Assembly: GCF_001194135.2 (NCBI RefSeq) | Contig: NC_068990.1 | Coordinates: 71,268,367-71,306,082, forward strand | Source: Octopus bimaculoides | Lineage: Eukaryota | Reading direction: 5' to 3' | DNA: 37,716 nt | In this document: in pieces, positions 23,055 through 35,750 of the stretch | Numbering within the stretch: position 1 is the stretch's first letter | Layout of the letters: each line of letters starts with the position of its first letter | The notes under the pieces: generated by a model | Seen by the model: the letters and a program-made list of their open reading frames with translations, nothing else | What the model was told of the DNA's origin: nothing | Databases searched by the model: none | Translations under genes and position numbers: made by a program

Positions 23055-23667
23055 GTCAGACATTACATTCCATTCCATTTTATGATGGAACTTTTACTGA
23101 ACTTTTTCATTGATTGATTTTCATTAGTAACTTGTTAGGATAATTAAAATTGTTTAATACATGCAATTTTATTGTTTGATGTCTCACTAATTACTTTAAT
23201 AAGTTGTGTCTACGATTTATTACGTATTTTAGCCGTTTCTGCCTATACACATATGAACATGCTTCCAATATATTCCAGTAAACTGAATTTGTTTATATAT
23301 ACAAAATTACCATTGCCTTAACAATGTTTGCATATCATATGGAATTCTTTGAAGTAGAATTTCTACAGCAGTTTGATACCTTTCCTCTTGCCAATGTCTC
23401 TGTTGTTTCCAAGCAAAGTAATATTTCCCCCAAGGCTGGATGTGTTTATACGAGGGGCTGAAAACAAGAGACACTGTTTGTTTGATAGTGACACAAATTT
23501 GTAACTAGCATGTAATATCAAGACAAAAGGGTACAAACCTCCATCTACCCTCCACTTCCCATACACACAGTGGTTTTCTTCAGTTTCCATCTACCAAATC
23601 CACCCAAGGTTTGGTCAACCCGAAATTATAGTAGAAGACTCTTGCCCAAGGTACCATGCAGTTGGAT

Positions 23668-23669
<2 letters not shown>

Positions 23670-23733
<64 letters not shown>
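23670..23733. repeat. (TA)n(GA)n microsatellite between two inverted SINE-B fragments
   Basis: Directly visible. Confidence 0.95.
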
Positions 23734-24225
23734 TTTTAATGTGTATCACCTTGGGCAAATGTCTTCTATAGCCCTGGGCTGACCAGTGCCTTGTGAGTGG
23801 ATTTTGTTGTTGGAAATTAAAAGAAGTCTATTGTTTTAAGTGTGTGTCTTTGTTTGCATTCATGCTTCTCAGAGTATTGTGAGCTGAAGCAGTGATGTCA
23901 TTTCTTCTGTCAACAAATTGGCTTGTTATAAAACAATACCTAAATAATAGTTGTCGAACCTATACTAGCATGGAAATATGGACATAAAACAAATGCAGAC
24001 AACTCAAATAACAAGATAAATAAACATATATAACAAAATTTCTTTGAATTTTATCATTTCAAGAACAAAATTCTTCTTAAAAGACTATTTCACAAATTCC
24101 AACTAACTGATGAAATGGAGCAGGGATTGAACACAACCTCTCTCTCTCTCACTGTAGCCTTTTTGCCTTAGAAATTACTCTTTTAAGAATTGACACTTTA
24201 ATTCTTCCCATTATTTTTGTTTCAG

Positions 24226-24656
24226 ACTGTTGTATCTGAAGTTGGTCCTAGTATGTCAACAGATTTTCTTCTTCCTTCCCAACGAAATCTTTCAGCAATA
24301 CCAGCTGTGATTACTTCAACATCTGTCACCCATCAGTTACCTGTCCCTAATCTGACAGTCGTTCCTTTGTCCACAATCACTGTTCCACCTCAACTCAACC
24401 AAATAACACTGCCAACATTCAGTCACCTCATACCTAACTTCAATCACCACAATGGAACACTACTCTCTAAGAGCAAGCCATGGCAGTTGTCTAAAGTGGA
24501 GAGGCGTGGTGCCATTGACAATTTGCTCAATTCGGCTGTTCTTAGTAAAAAACATTTACAAGTAATAACACCAAACTCAAATGACTATGCTAACCAACAA
24601 GCCATCTCGAACCAATTATTTTCAGAAGGAACCAATACTTCTAACAGATGGACAAA
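24226..24656 (+). CDS. GON4L: GON4L exon 8, S/T/P-rich linker ending at the start of the SANT domain (...SNRWT)
   Basis: gtttcag|act acceptor, aa|gtgagt donor. 431 nt (143 codons+2), phase 2 matches exon 9. Confidence 0.85.
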
Positions 24657-25971
24657 GTGAGTACTCTTCACTGCTTTTATAAGATGTAGGTGTGGTTAAG
24701 TTTACTTCCTAAACTCTTGCTGTTTGATTCAGTCCCACTTTGTGGCATATTCTACTGTAGCCCTGGTCTGACCAAAGCATTGTGAGTGGATTTGGTAGAT
24801 GAAAACTGAAAGAAGCATCTGCGCTCGTGTATTGTATTTAATTTAATATTTCTCTTTCCATTCCCACATTATAAATACTACTAGTGGGAGATGTAAAAAT
24901 TCCACAGAACGAAAAAGATTAAGAGAAGCTATTTAAGAAAGAATGGATGATCTGCATTTTTATTTTCATAAGTTATTTCACTTCTAGTCACAATAATATA
25001 TTGTGACTGAGCACTTTATATTTCTCTCTTTCTCTTCAACAAACTTTTTAGCCATATAATTCCCCTCTTCATGTCTTTAATATTTCTCTTTTCTCTTTAC
25101 CTCTTACTTCCATTAACCATGAGTGACAGCCTAATGCATCGACTGGCTATCTGCTTTCTCATTCACTCTCACATTTCCTCTTCCTCTCTCTTGCTCCACT
25201 TTCTCCTCTTCTCTAACAAACTAAAGCGTATAGTGTAAATGAAGAGGTAGGACATTATTGATTTAGTTCAATAAAAAAAAGAATTCTTTTCACCATCACT
25301 AAAGTGTTTAGTAACAAAACTCAGTTCATTTCATTTCAGTCCAGCTGTTTGTGTATATCTACATTTTCTTGCTGTCAATACAAATACTATCTAACTCTCT
25401 CTCTCTTTCTGTCTGTCTTTATTTGACCCCCCCTCCCGCCAGAACATCACCCTCTGCTAAATATTGTATCCTAAACATATCTCTTTCCCTCCCCACCCTA
25501 CAGCACATCATTAACACTTCTCTCTCTTCACCTCTCCCTTCAACTAACAACGTGACACATTTCACCTTATACATCTTTCTCTACTTCTTTACTTCTATAC
25601 TCATACTCCTCCCTCTCTCTCATTTTTACTTCACCTCCACAACTAAAGTATAATGGGCGAACAAACAAGTGGATTATTATATAGATTGCAATTACAAATT
25701 TTCTTATTAAAAAATCATAATTGCTCCTCACAGGAAAAGTAAATTAGTAAGGTAATAATATGTTGGGCTTAGTATGTTTAATGAAAAAAGAAGACAGAAT
25801 CCTGCTACCACCAGGGCAACAGAAGTAGCAATACCGTTTGGTGGACAAAGTATGGAGGAAGAATTAGAGGTGGAATGACAAGTAGGCTGAGGCAGTCTAA
25901 ATTTCTGTGTATAGAACCTTGTGATGTACAAAGTTGTAAAAAAAACTATTGTTTTATTTTCTTCTCTCCAG

Positions 25972-26074
25972 ATGGATGGACAAGATGATTCTTGATAGTG
26001 TAAGGAAAGATGGAATTAATGCTCAAGTATTTGAAAGACTTTCTTGTAAGATAAATGGTCGAACGCCAAAACAA
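25972..26074 (+). CDS. GON4L: GON4L exon 9, SANT/Myb-like domain (K-WMDKMILDSVRKDGINAQVFERLSCKINGRTPKQ)
   Basis: ctctccag|a acceptor, caa|gtgagt donor. Spliced WTKWMDKMIL...F..LS...NGRTPKQ matches the WTREADRVIL...F..IS..LGNKTP.EV motif of GON4L/FLASH C-termini. Absent from the ORF track (too short). Confidence 0.92.
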
Positions 26075-27370
26075 GTGAGTGCTTTTGTATGTTTAAATTT
26101 TGGTTAGACTTGGGTCAGTCCTGATCCAGCAAACTTTTTAATCAAAATAACTGGTTCAAGTTGTAGCCATTCTACCTTTTATTCAGAACATTGTGTACCT
26201 AGAACTGCATTAACTAATATATCATTGTTCTTTTGAGATAATAGAATGTGATTTGATGAAGATTTAGCTGCTTTTCTACCAGCTCAAGTAACCATGTAGA
26301 GGTGGTAACTTCTCTGGGGTTAACTGAATAACTATCAGTAAATTGGAGTAAATTTAATCAACTATGTCCTTCTCTTATATTTCGGGCCTTGTCTTTACAT
26401 CTGAGATAATAATAATAATAATTATTATTATCATAATTGTCATTGTATTGGTTTCAGGCAGTGAGTTGGCAGAATTATTGATGTGTTGGACAAAATGCAT
26501 TGCTTAATTTCTTCCAACACTTTACATTCTGAATTAAAATCCTGCTGAGGTTGACTTTGCCTTTCATTCCACTGGAATTGATGGTATCAAATTACTTCCT
26601 CCTCTCAAAATTGCTTACTTTGCACCTAAATTAGAGCCCACTATGAAATAGATCAATTGGTAGAAATGCTAGAGCAGGAGTGGGGAAACTTTTTAGTGCA
26701 GCGGGCAAAAATTTTCAATGTTGGCAGGCAGACCACAAGTTCTAACTCCTATATAATTGTGTAAATCTTGTATATATCTATGTGCAATTCTCTATATATT
26801 AATAAAGATAAGTTTAACACATTAAAGTAACGTGTAACATTTTCATTAATGCTGCCACTGAATTTTGGATGTTTATATTACTTATGAGGTATTCTTTATT
26901 TTTCAGCTAGAGTGTAGTTGGGTCTCAAGGGGGTGGTACAAACCTAGCAATATGTGTTCTATAGTGAAAACAAAATTTTCATTCAAATGGCAATTACCGC
27001 ATGATTTCTGTTTGAGTCTAACTGTTTTACGTTGTAGTGGAAACGTGACCTATGTCGCAAATAGGCATATGAATGTTGTATAAATTTTATAATTGAAAAA
27101 TTTATATATTTTGTACATACGAGTATATCAGCCAGCGGACGCAATTGTGCTTGTGGGCAGGGGTTTCCCCCACCCCTGCGCTAGAGCATCACACAAAATG
27201 TCCAGCGTTATATTTTCAACTTTTCACATTCTGGGTTCAAATCCTGCTGAAGTTATCTTTTCATTAGTTGGGGTCAGTTTAATCCAGTAATTTGCCCCCA
27301 CCTCCCAAATTGTAACTTTATGCCATTGATAGAAATGTTTATTAAATTTTTGTCTTTGTTTTTGTTGTAG

Positions 27371-27424
27371 ATTAAAGAAAGATACTCAGAGTTGCTGCAG
27401 CTTCTTGAACAAATGAAACAGTAG
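27371..27424 (+). CDS. GON4L: GON4L terminal coding exon (IKERYSELLQLLEQMKQ*)
   Basis: tttgttgtag|att acceptor, 17 codons then TAG. Completes SANT helix 3 (cf. VSHRFRELMQLF). Confidence 0.9.
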   Translation: MKERYSELLQLLEQMKQ

Positions 27425-30419
27425 AGAACAGACTTACTGAACGCAATGTTCCTTCTTCCATCAACTGCTGCTGTTGGAATAACAGAAGTGACAAACTAAC
27501 AATCAGTATCACCTACATACATACTGTCATCTCTGTGAGGATGTGTTTATACATTGCCAGCAGAGTATATAGAAAAATGTGTGATAATGGACATTGTTAA
27601 TATTATGCAATATTGTAAACAGTGGGGGTTTGGCAGAATCAATAGAATGGCAGACATAAAGATACTTTACAGTATTTGTTCTGGCTCTTTATGGTTTCAG
27701 TTCAAATTCCACCAAGGTTGACTTTGCCTTTCATCTTTCCAGGGTTGGTAAAATAAAGTACCAGTTGAGTCCTGAGTTTGATCTACTTGGCTACCCCTAT
27801 CTACTCACATGTTTGAGGCCTTGCACCTATGTAAGAAATGACTGGAGTGTGTATTGTGTGTGTGTGTGTATGTAATGTATATGAGCATGGCTACATGGAT
27901 ATGAAATTTGGTCTGTAAAGACATGGTTTCAAGTTCTATCTCACTGCATGGCATCTTGGCTAATCAGTGGCTCATGAGTAGAAATGGTAAATGGAAACTA
28001 TGGAAACCCATTATATGTGTTTCTGTAACTGTTTGCATCCCTAGCTTTCGGCTGAAATCATTTGAGTAAAATATTGATGTTATGTTGATATTCCCTGCTA
28101 ACAAATTGTTCTATTACTCCACATTCTTGAAAATGTGGGATAAAAACATCTCTTATTTGAAAACAGGCCAGGGTTTGCAACAAGAAGAGCATCTGATTGT
28201 AAAATAATGCCTCTTTAATAAGTTTTCATCCAACCCATTCTAACATGGGAAAATAGACTTAAAATGAACAAACAACTGAATACATGTATATGTGTCTCTC
28301 TGTTTTGGTTGACAACCATGGAACCAAGTGTTCAGTTCCACACTGCCAATTACTTACATAATGTGCTAATTGCCATTTTTATAATTATTCTACTGAAAAT
28401 TACATGTAAACATGGTCAGCTCCAAACTGTGTGAAAGTAGTGGGATGGAATTGATAGCCTAAGATCACCACAAATAGAAATATTAACCTGACTTGACACA
28501 TCTACCACAAAAATGTATCAGGGTTTTATTTTAACAAAAGAAAGAAACTCATATACAAACCTACTGTGTATATATTGAGACATTATTTGTTACTTATTAT
28601 ATATATGCTATTGCAACTGCTAAATTCAGTAGCTTCCTATTGTTGCAAATAATGGTTGCTCAATCTATTGTAGTTCATTAAATCAATGCTAAGTGTCTCT
28701 CATCCACCTGTAACAGTTTGTAGATGAACTACTAACTTTGTTCACCAGGAACAGCAATCGGTTTGGTTAATATTCTACAAATACTGGTTCACCTTCCACT
28801 CATTAACTGGTTAATTTGTTTATTCATTGTCAGATTCACTGCTCACTTTGTATAACAAGATGATTTACATGTTCATTCGACACAACAGCTGGTTAATTTG
28901 TACATCTTGTACAGTGATCAGTTAACTTGTTTATCTTGTATTGCAATTCTGGTTAGGTTTGTACAGTGTTAACTAGTTGACTTTTTATGATAACTGGTTA
29001 ACTGGTACATCTTGTATGACAGGTTATCTCATTAATCTTGTATAACATCTGATGAACAACCCACTCTGTACAGAACACAGCCCCTTGTTTCCCCTTACAC
29101 CACCTCAACTCAAGAGATTAATCAGAAAACACCATTTGTTTATAAGCAGATTAATTCATCCATTTTTTTTTTATGTAAGGAGACAAAATGAAGCATGAAC
29201 CAACAGTTAAACTATGTATATACATACATATATATAAATGCAAATGGGTTGACCACCAGAGTGAGAGGTTTTCATTTTAACACTGTTGGTTGTCATGTAT
29301 TCACAGTTGTTGGTCAAGGAGGGAGCAGAAGAGAAGACCCTGCCTCCATAATGCATTCACCTGTTTGTAATGTAGACCCTACACACCAGGTATGACTGAC
29401 ACCACAAAGACAAAACTAACGATGAATAATTTCTATAATACCACCTGAATTATTTATTTAGTTTTAGTAGATGCCATTTTGACATTAGTGAGTCTCTTAT
29501 CTATTTATAGCCAGTCAAAAAACATTAATAAATCACCAAGAAAGAAAACAGCTTAACATCATCTTTATTTTTTTTTTTAAATCTCTTGTATATTGAATCT
29601 AATTTATACTTTTTATCACCTCGTTTTGACAGTTTTTTTTTTTTTTTTAAAGAATCTTTTAATCGAATTCAAATGTTGACATTTGTGACCTGTTAATGTG
29701 TCCAAAAACATAGATAAACTAGGTTCTCTCCTTTAAACACTTCAACAAACTGTCATCTCCATAAACACACAAATCATTAACACTACATTCCCTGATATTT
29801 CTGTTCGATAAATAATTGTTGGCCTCATGTTTTATTAAAGTCATTTCATTTTTTTTTCCAGACTTGTAAAAAATATTATGAAGAAAGAGGAAACAAATCC
29901 TCTCCTTGTCTTTAGTACCACCTCCTCAATTTTGTTGTAAAGTTTATTTATCATAGTTGTGAATTGAACATTCAAGGTCTAAGCATGAATTTCCATGTTA
30001 GTTTTTGCAGTGATTCCTAGTGGTAAAACTCATCTACTTTCTTTTCTGTTTGTCTGTCTCTCTCTCACTCGTGTGTGTGTGTTTATTGTCTCCTTGTCTT
30101 GACACTGTGCACTAATTGTGAATAACACCACTGTCAGGTAGTGCTGTTTGTGTGTAGTCTTGTGAGAAAATACGTTCCGACAAGGAGAAAATATTGCCTT
30201 AGTTGAAAACAGATGAGAGTTGGTGGGCAGCTGCATTGTAGAAAATCGCCTCAATAAACATTGACCCATGCAAGTGTGGAAAAGTATACATTAAAACAAT
30301 AACGTATATTTACACTAGGGACAGAATCTGGTCCACACACCAGCGTGCACTTGTGTAACAGGCATACACCCAGACTGTGTAGATATAAATTTACAATTTA
30401 TTCTTCATATTTCTCTCCG

Positions 30420-30570
30420 TGGAAGAACATGACCTAGTGGTTAAGTTGTTGAACTCAAAATCATAAGGATATAAGTTCAATTTCAGGATCAGGCAACATG
30501 TTGTTTCTTGAGTAAGGCAGATCATTTAATGTTGATCCAGTCTATTGAGCTCAAAATGAGTACCAGCTTG
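30420..30570 (+). mobile_element. Old tRNA-headed SINE (third type)
   Basis: TGACCTAGTGGTT (A box), AAGTTCAATT (B box), ...CTTGAGTAAGGCA...AAAATGAGTACCAGC core-like segment. Confidence 0.55.
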
Positions 30571-32370
30571 TTGGAGGCAGCCTGTTTTCCCTCTTAGTCA
30601 CCTAAATAAATTAGTGAAAGTGTGATATAAGATACCAAATCATACTCATAAGTGACTGCTTAGCTATTCTGCTACTAGTAGCAACCCCATGAATCAAACT
30701 TAATGATTACTCTTCCTCGTGTATAACATGTATCCTAGTTTTTAAAAGAGCATTTAGGAATTTAAAAAAATGAAAAACCAATTATGATAAGAAAAACAAT
30801 AACATTGACAAAAATTTAAATACTTTTATTATAACATTGACAAAATGTGTTTTGTTTCTGGAGTCTGGCTGTTAGTTATGGGACATGTAATTACAATTTG
30901 ATATCTGCTAGATTTGTGACTGCCTGTCTTTAAAGTCAGGTCAGAACCTGGTATTTGTGATGGGACAAAAAATATTGAAAGTTGACCAGCTGTATAGCAT
31001 TCAAGTAACTAAGTTTAATAAAGCATGAAATTTAAGAATTAAGTTTAAAGAACTAAAGAAAAGGTAACTTAAAGAGTACAAGAAATAATAATGTATATAC
31101 TATATAAAAGGATTGTGTGTGTAGCTATAAATGTAAAGCATTTTAATAAAAGTGAAATCTGTTAGCAGACTACTTAACGTCTAGAATAACACGTATATGT
31201 AATCTATATTAAAACTGGTGAAGTTAAATCAGAGAATGTATTCTACAATGACTGAGGTGAGTTTTTCTTTTAGTTTCTGAAATTACGTGATACCTTTTCT
31301 CTCTCTGTTCTGTGCAAAGGAAAGATGACACAACCACTTAGGAATCATTGCAACAAGGAACATAACTACTAAAATGGAGTAACTAGTTTTCAAAAAAAAT
31401 ATGTCATAGATTTTTGGACTAAAACAATATAGGGCAAAGTTTGAATTGTAGCTCTAGTGAAGTCACCACCATTTATTCCATGTGTTTGAATGTTTATAAT
31501 TTTGGCTTTGCATGAAATTTTAGTCAACAATAGCTAATATAACTAATATATTTGCTCACTCTGGTTTCATTGTTAAGCTTTAAAAAGTTTACTAAGAAAC
31601 CATTAAACACTTAACTGCCATCAAACCTACCAAACAATCAATCAATCAATCATTTTTTTTACACATTGATTCTTGAAATTAAAATATTTTTTTAGAAAAT
31701 CAGTAAACAAACAAAAAATTAAGTGAATCCTTTATAAAATAACAAAAAGTGTTTTCTTTGTGCAATCGTTCTCTCAACTACAGTTTATCACCAAGGGATT
31801 TTGTAAATAACAGTGTTGCCTCATTTTCTGGATGAAAGACAACAAAAATTAAAACAAAAAAAAAAGTCTCCAATATCTCTGTCTAAAGTTTTATTTTTGC
31901 CAGGAATATTGGGTTGGCTGTAATTGAGTTCACATTATGTAAAATATTAAAAGCTGTTGTATCTTTTCATCATTTCTTGTTTTTTATTATAATTAAATAT
32001 CTTGTATACCTTTAATGCTTTTGATACTAACCCACCTGAAATTGCCCTCTTGTTTTAAAGGGGTTTAAATTAAAACCTTCCATCAAAATTTCACATTGAT
32101 TTATATCTCAAAAACCAGCTTAATAACATTCAGTCATTTTACTAAATTCTTCATTATTTGCAAATGTAATAGAAACAAAGACATTGTATTTCAAGAGATA
32201 TGTGATAAGAAAGGGTTAATAGAGTTCACATTGTTGCAGATAGTGGATCCAGGTCTCGAATCCAAGAAAAAACTTCCTCTTGCCAGTCCCAAAGAGTCTT
32301 AAAAGAGATGGCCAGTGCTACCATTCTAAGACAGTTCCTTAATCATTGCCTGAACCTTTCATTGTCAGCA

Positions 32371-33120
32371 GACAAGCTCATCTTGGTGATTTCAATGTCA
32401 AAGAGACTGAAGGAACGACATCCTGTATGAAAACAAGGCACCAGAAATTGCAATACAAACCTGTGCAGAACATGAGGTGTTCATTACCAACACAGTTCTA
32501 GCTCCCAAACTGATTTAAAACTACATGGATGCATCCATGCTCAAAGTATTGGCATGTCCTTGACTACATCATCATGAGAAGCAGATGATTGTTGGACAGT
32601 CCTCATCAGCTGACTCCAAATTTCTCTTTGGTGTTAATCGCCTGTCCACTTAAAGTGTCAATCAAGAAGAAAGTTTCATACACCAAAACTTAAAGACCAA
32701 ATTGAAAAATTCAAAGGATGCATCAAAGACCAGCTGGCAAACAGTTATTGGAAATGAAGGACATCAATGATGAGTGGACAACAACTTGAAACATCATCCA
32801 AGAAGCTGCAGAGAACACCACTGGCTTCACAGAAAGAAAGAGCCAGGATTGGTTCAACAAAAACAATGAAAAAAATCTCAAAATTCATCACTGTTAAAAG
32901 ATGTGCTCATCTACCCCTTGAACAACAAGGGATAGATGAGCATCTCAAACGAAAGAGAGGAAACACTTTCAAGATTTCAAATGGGTCTGTCAAATCAGAA
33001 CCAGAGAGATTGAAACCAACTAGTGGATAGAAAAGGTTACTCAGCTCTAAAGATATGCAGATGCCAAGGACCTTAAAAATTTCTAAGCCTGTGTCAAAGA
33101 ACTATATAACCCAACCTGTG
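32371..33120 (+). mobile_element. Highly decayed RTE-BovB-like LINE fragment (AP endonuclease C-terminus + linker)
   Basis: DKLILGDFN, EHEVFITNT, TTWMHPCSKYWHVLDYII, QDWFNKNN, W.EK..QL*RYADAKD motifs across frameshifts. Confidence 0.8.
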
Positions 33121-34039
33121 CTACAAAGACTATGGATCTTGGTAATAGCATGCAGAAGTCAGACCAACATGGCAGAACATCAGAGGAAATGAGGAGGACA
33201 AATGACTATGACAAAAAACCTCCACCAACTATAAGATGTGACCTCTAAACGAGGAAGCACAAATGAAGAAAGAAATGAAAACGAGGAGCAATCGACTTAC
33301 AAAGCCTTTTATAGGCTCAGCACGTTAAGTCTGTAATGATTGGTCATCTTACTTATCATGTGAGTTTTGAACATTGGTTGAGTCCTGTACTTTGATTGGT
33401 TGAGTATTGCACAGGACATGGATCAAAGATCCAATCACATTGTGTGTAATACATTCTCAAACAACTAATCTGTATGTGCTTTGGAGTAACAAATTACCTA
33501 TGAGGATTTTCATGAAGGTGAGTCATATTATTTTCCTGCTATTATTCACCAGAACAAAATTAATATAATGGAGCATATATAATCAATGACAGTCTGAGCT
33601 GGATTATCCAAACGAGGGACAAACTATACAACCACCAGAATTCACGACGTTTTATTTAACAGAGGAATAAAGTCTAACTGTTATTTTTGAAGTTCATTTC
33701 TTGTATTATTTCCATGAGTGAACATGCAACACTAACATTAATAAACACAAAATTCTTGTCTATCCCTCCATCCGGGACCCCTTTATCTCAGTCTATATTT
33801 GCTCTACATAGACATATTATACCTTTTTGGAATCTGCATGATCCTGAGATTGAAAATCTATTCTTCAATTGGTTCTTGAACATCCACCATTGGGATCAGG
33901 TCAGAATGAAGATTTGTTACATGCTAACAGTTGAAAATTCAAATTTTAAAAGAACTCCAAAAATTTATGAACTTACAAGTTTTACATTTAAACTGAATTG
34001 AAAGTGTGGTGTTATGGGCTGTGATGAGCTGTGTGTTGT

Positions 34040-34210
34040 TGGTGGAGAGAGATGAGGCAAACAGAAGTGAAGCCAGACTGGAAGGGCCAGACCGGAAGTT
34101 GGCCACACGCTGTCGAAGGCCAGCACGTGGGGGCAGTCAGAAAACAGACAGCTTACGAGAAAGACGTGTTTTGATCAAGAGCGATTGTTTACTCCGCTGC
34201 GGTCGACAAG
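34040..34210 (+). promoter_or_regulatory. CpG-rich putative promoter/non-coding leader exon upstream of the Helitron ORF
   Basis: GACTGGAAGGGCCAGACCGGAAGT (ETS-like pair), CACGTG E-box, strong donor CAAG|GTAAGG at 34210/34211, acceptor TTTCTTCTTATGATAG| at 34600 two nt before ATG 34603. Confidence 0.5.
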
Positions 34211-34602
34211 GTAAGGTCCAACGTTTCATTCTGTCCTTTTGCTTCTTGTCTTTTTCCTCCATCACACCACAGAAAGTAATACCAAAACTTTGTGACTTTA
34301 AAAAATATTTTCAATTCAGTTCACTTAAAACTAGATCCAAGTTAGAATGAGAGGTTTCGTGTTCGTGAGACTTTGAAGTTCAACAGAGTTTGTGAATTGA
34401 AGCACTCAAAAAGGAAATATTGAAGAACTCTAGTTTTTATCCCGAACTGAACTTCTGCCCAAATCAGTCTTTCAGCTTGGATTGGACTTTCGGCCAGATC
34501 AGACTTTTGACCAGATTGGACTTTTAGCCTGAGTTAAAGTGAAGTTTTGAAGTTCCATAGAGTGAATTGAGGAATTTAACTTTATTTCTTCTTATGATAG
34601 AA

Positions 34603-35750
34603 ATGCCTTGGAAAAGCACAAAGACCACAAGCAAAGAGAGAAGTAGATGCAGCAAGGAAGATGTCAAGGGCTGCAGATGACAGTAAAAGTTTGTCAAGGA
34701 GAGAAGCCGATGCACATAAGGAAGAGAAATTCTAGAGCTGCAGGAGATGAAGGTCAGGCTTTATCAAAAAGAGAGGCAGACGCTGCAAATCATAGAAGAG
34801 CAAGATCTTTAGAAATACCTGATCAAAGACATTCCAGATAGGAGTGGAGCTTCTGTTTTGAGCCTGTCCAAGCTGGCTTTTCAGTACAACTGTGACAGTG
34901 ACTATTCAGCTCATCTCAAAATATCTATTGGATCAATGACCATTCAGTGTGAGCACTGCAATGTCCTCAAATTGAAAAAATGAATCTGAAGGAATGTACT
35001 GCAGTAAAGGCAAAATACACCTGGGAGATCTATCAGTTCCTCCAGAGCCATTGTTATCACTTCTAGATAGGAACTCAGCTGAATCATCACATCAGAAGTT
35101 ACAACAACTGTTTTGCAATGACTTTATTTGGAGCCAAGGATGCTACTCTGCCTGAATGGAAAACAAACTGCAGAATTCAGGGCCAAGTTTATCGCAGGAT
35201 TGGATCTCTTTGGCCACTTCCAAATGAACCCAAGCAGTTTCTCCAAATGTACTTCATGAAGTCACCATTCACATTGTTGGGTAAGACTTTGACAAAAACA
35301 GGGACATAGTTCTCCAGAAACAGGATGGAACACTTCAAAAGGTTGCAGAGATTCACAGATCCTATGATGCTCTGCAGTATCCACTGATTTTTTTGGCAAG
35401 GAACAGATAGGTACCACTTACTCTAAAAGCAAACTGACCCAAACACTGGATTGCAGACAAACAAGAAGATATATGCTCAGGACTTTTATGCATACAAAAT
35501 CATGTTGAGGCAAAACAACTTTAACCATCTGCTCAGATTTGGTTAATTGTTAAATCAGTTCTTTGTTGGCATGTATGCCAAAATTGAATCTGAAAGCCTT
35601 CTTTTTATCAAGTTGAATAAAAAAATCTGAGCTGAGGACTACATCCATCACAGAGATGCAATACAAAATGATGGACATGCTCACAATGCAGGACAAATAG
35701 TGATTCTTCCGTCTTCATTTGCTGGTGGTCCAAGATAGATGCATGAGAAG
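34603..35750 (+). mobile_element. Helitron Rep/helicase N-terminal pseudogene (3'-truncated)
   Basis: LAFQYN..DYS...IGSMTIQCEHCN..K..NESEGM.CSKGKI...PPEPL...YNNCFAMT.FGA...RIQGQVYRRIGSL.PLPNE..QFLQMYF...SYDALQYPLIFWQG...FYAYKIM...LNQFFVGMYAKIESE.L...VILPSSFAGGPR*MHE. Confidence 0.92.

Noticed and set aside
28570-28670. Imperfect hairpin considered as a miRNA precursor
   Set aside because: Pairing is short, bulged and overlapping; no clean ~22-bp stem.
29314-29395. Possible minus-strand terminal exon (HTWCVGSTLQTGECIMEAGSSLLLPP*) of a convergent gene
   Set aside because: Weak acceptor, no recognisable homology, and no partner exons found in the window.
31200-31380. GAG|GTGAGT donor and nearby pyrimidine-rich acceptor suggesting lncRNA exons
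   Set aside because: Isolated signals in AT-rich DNA with no supporting structure.
34006-34350. 114-aa ORF over the CpG-rich block
   Set aside because: Non-ATG start, runs through a strong splice donor, and has no homology; better explained as leader exon plus intron.
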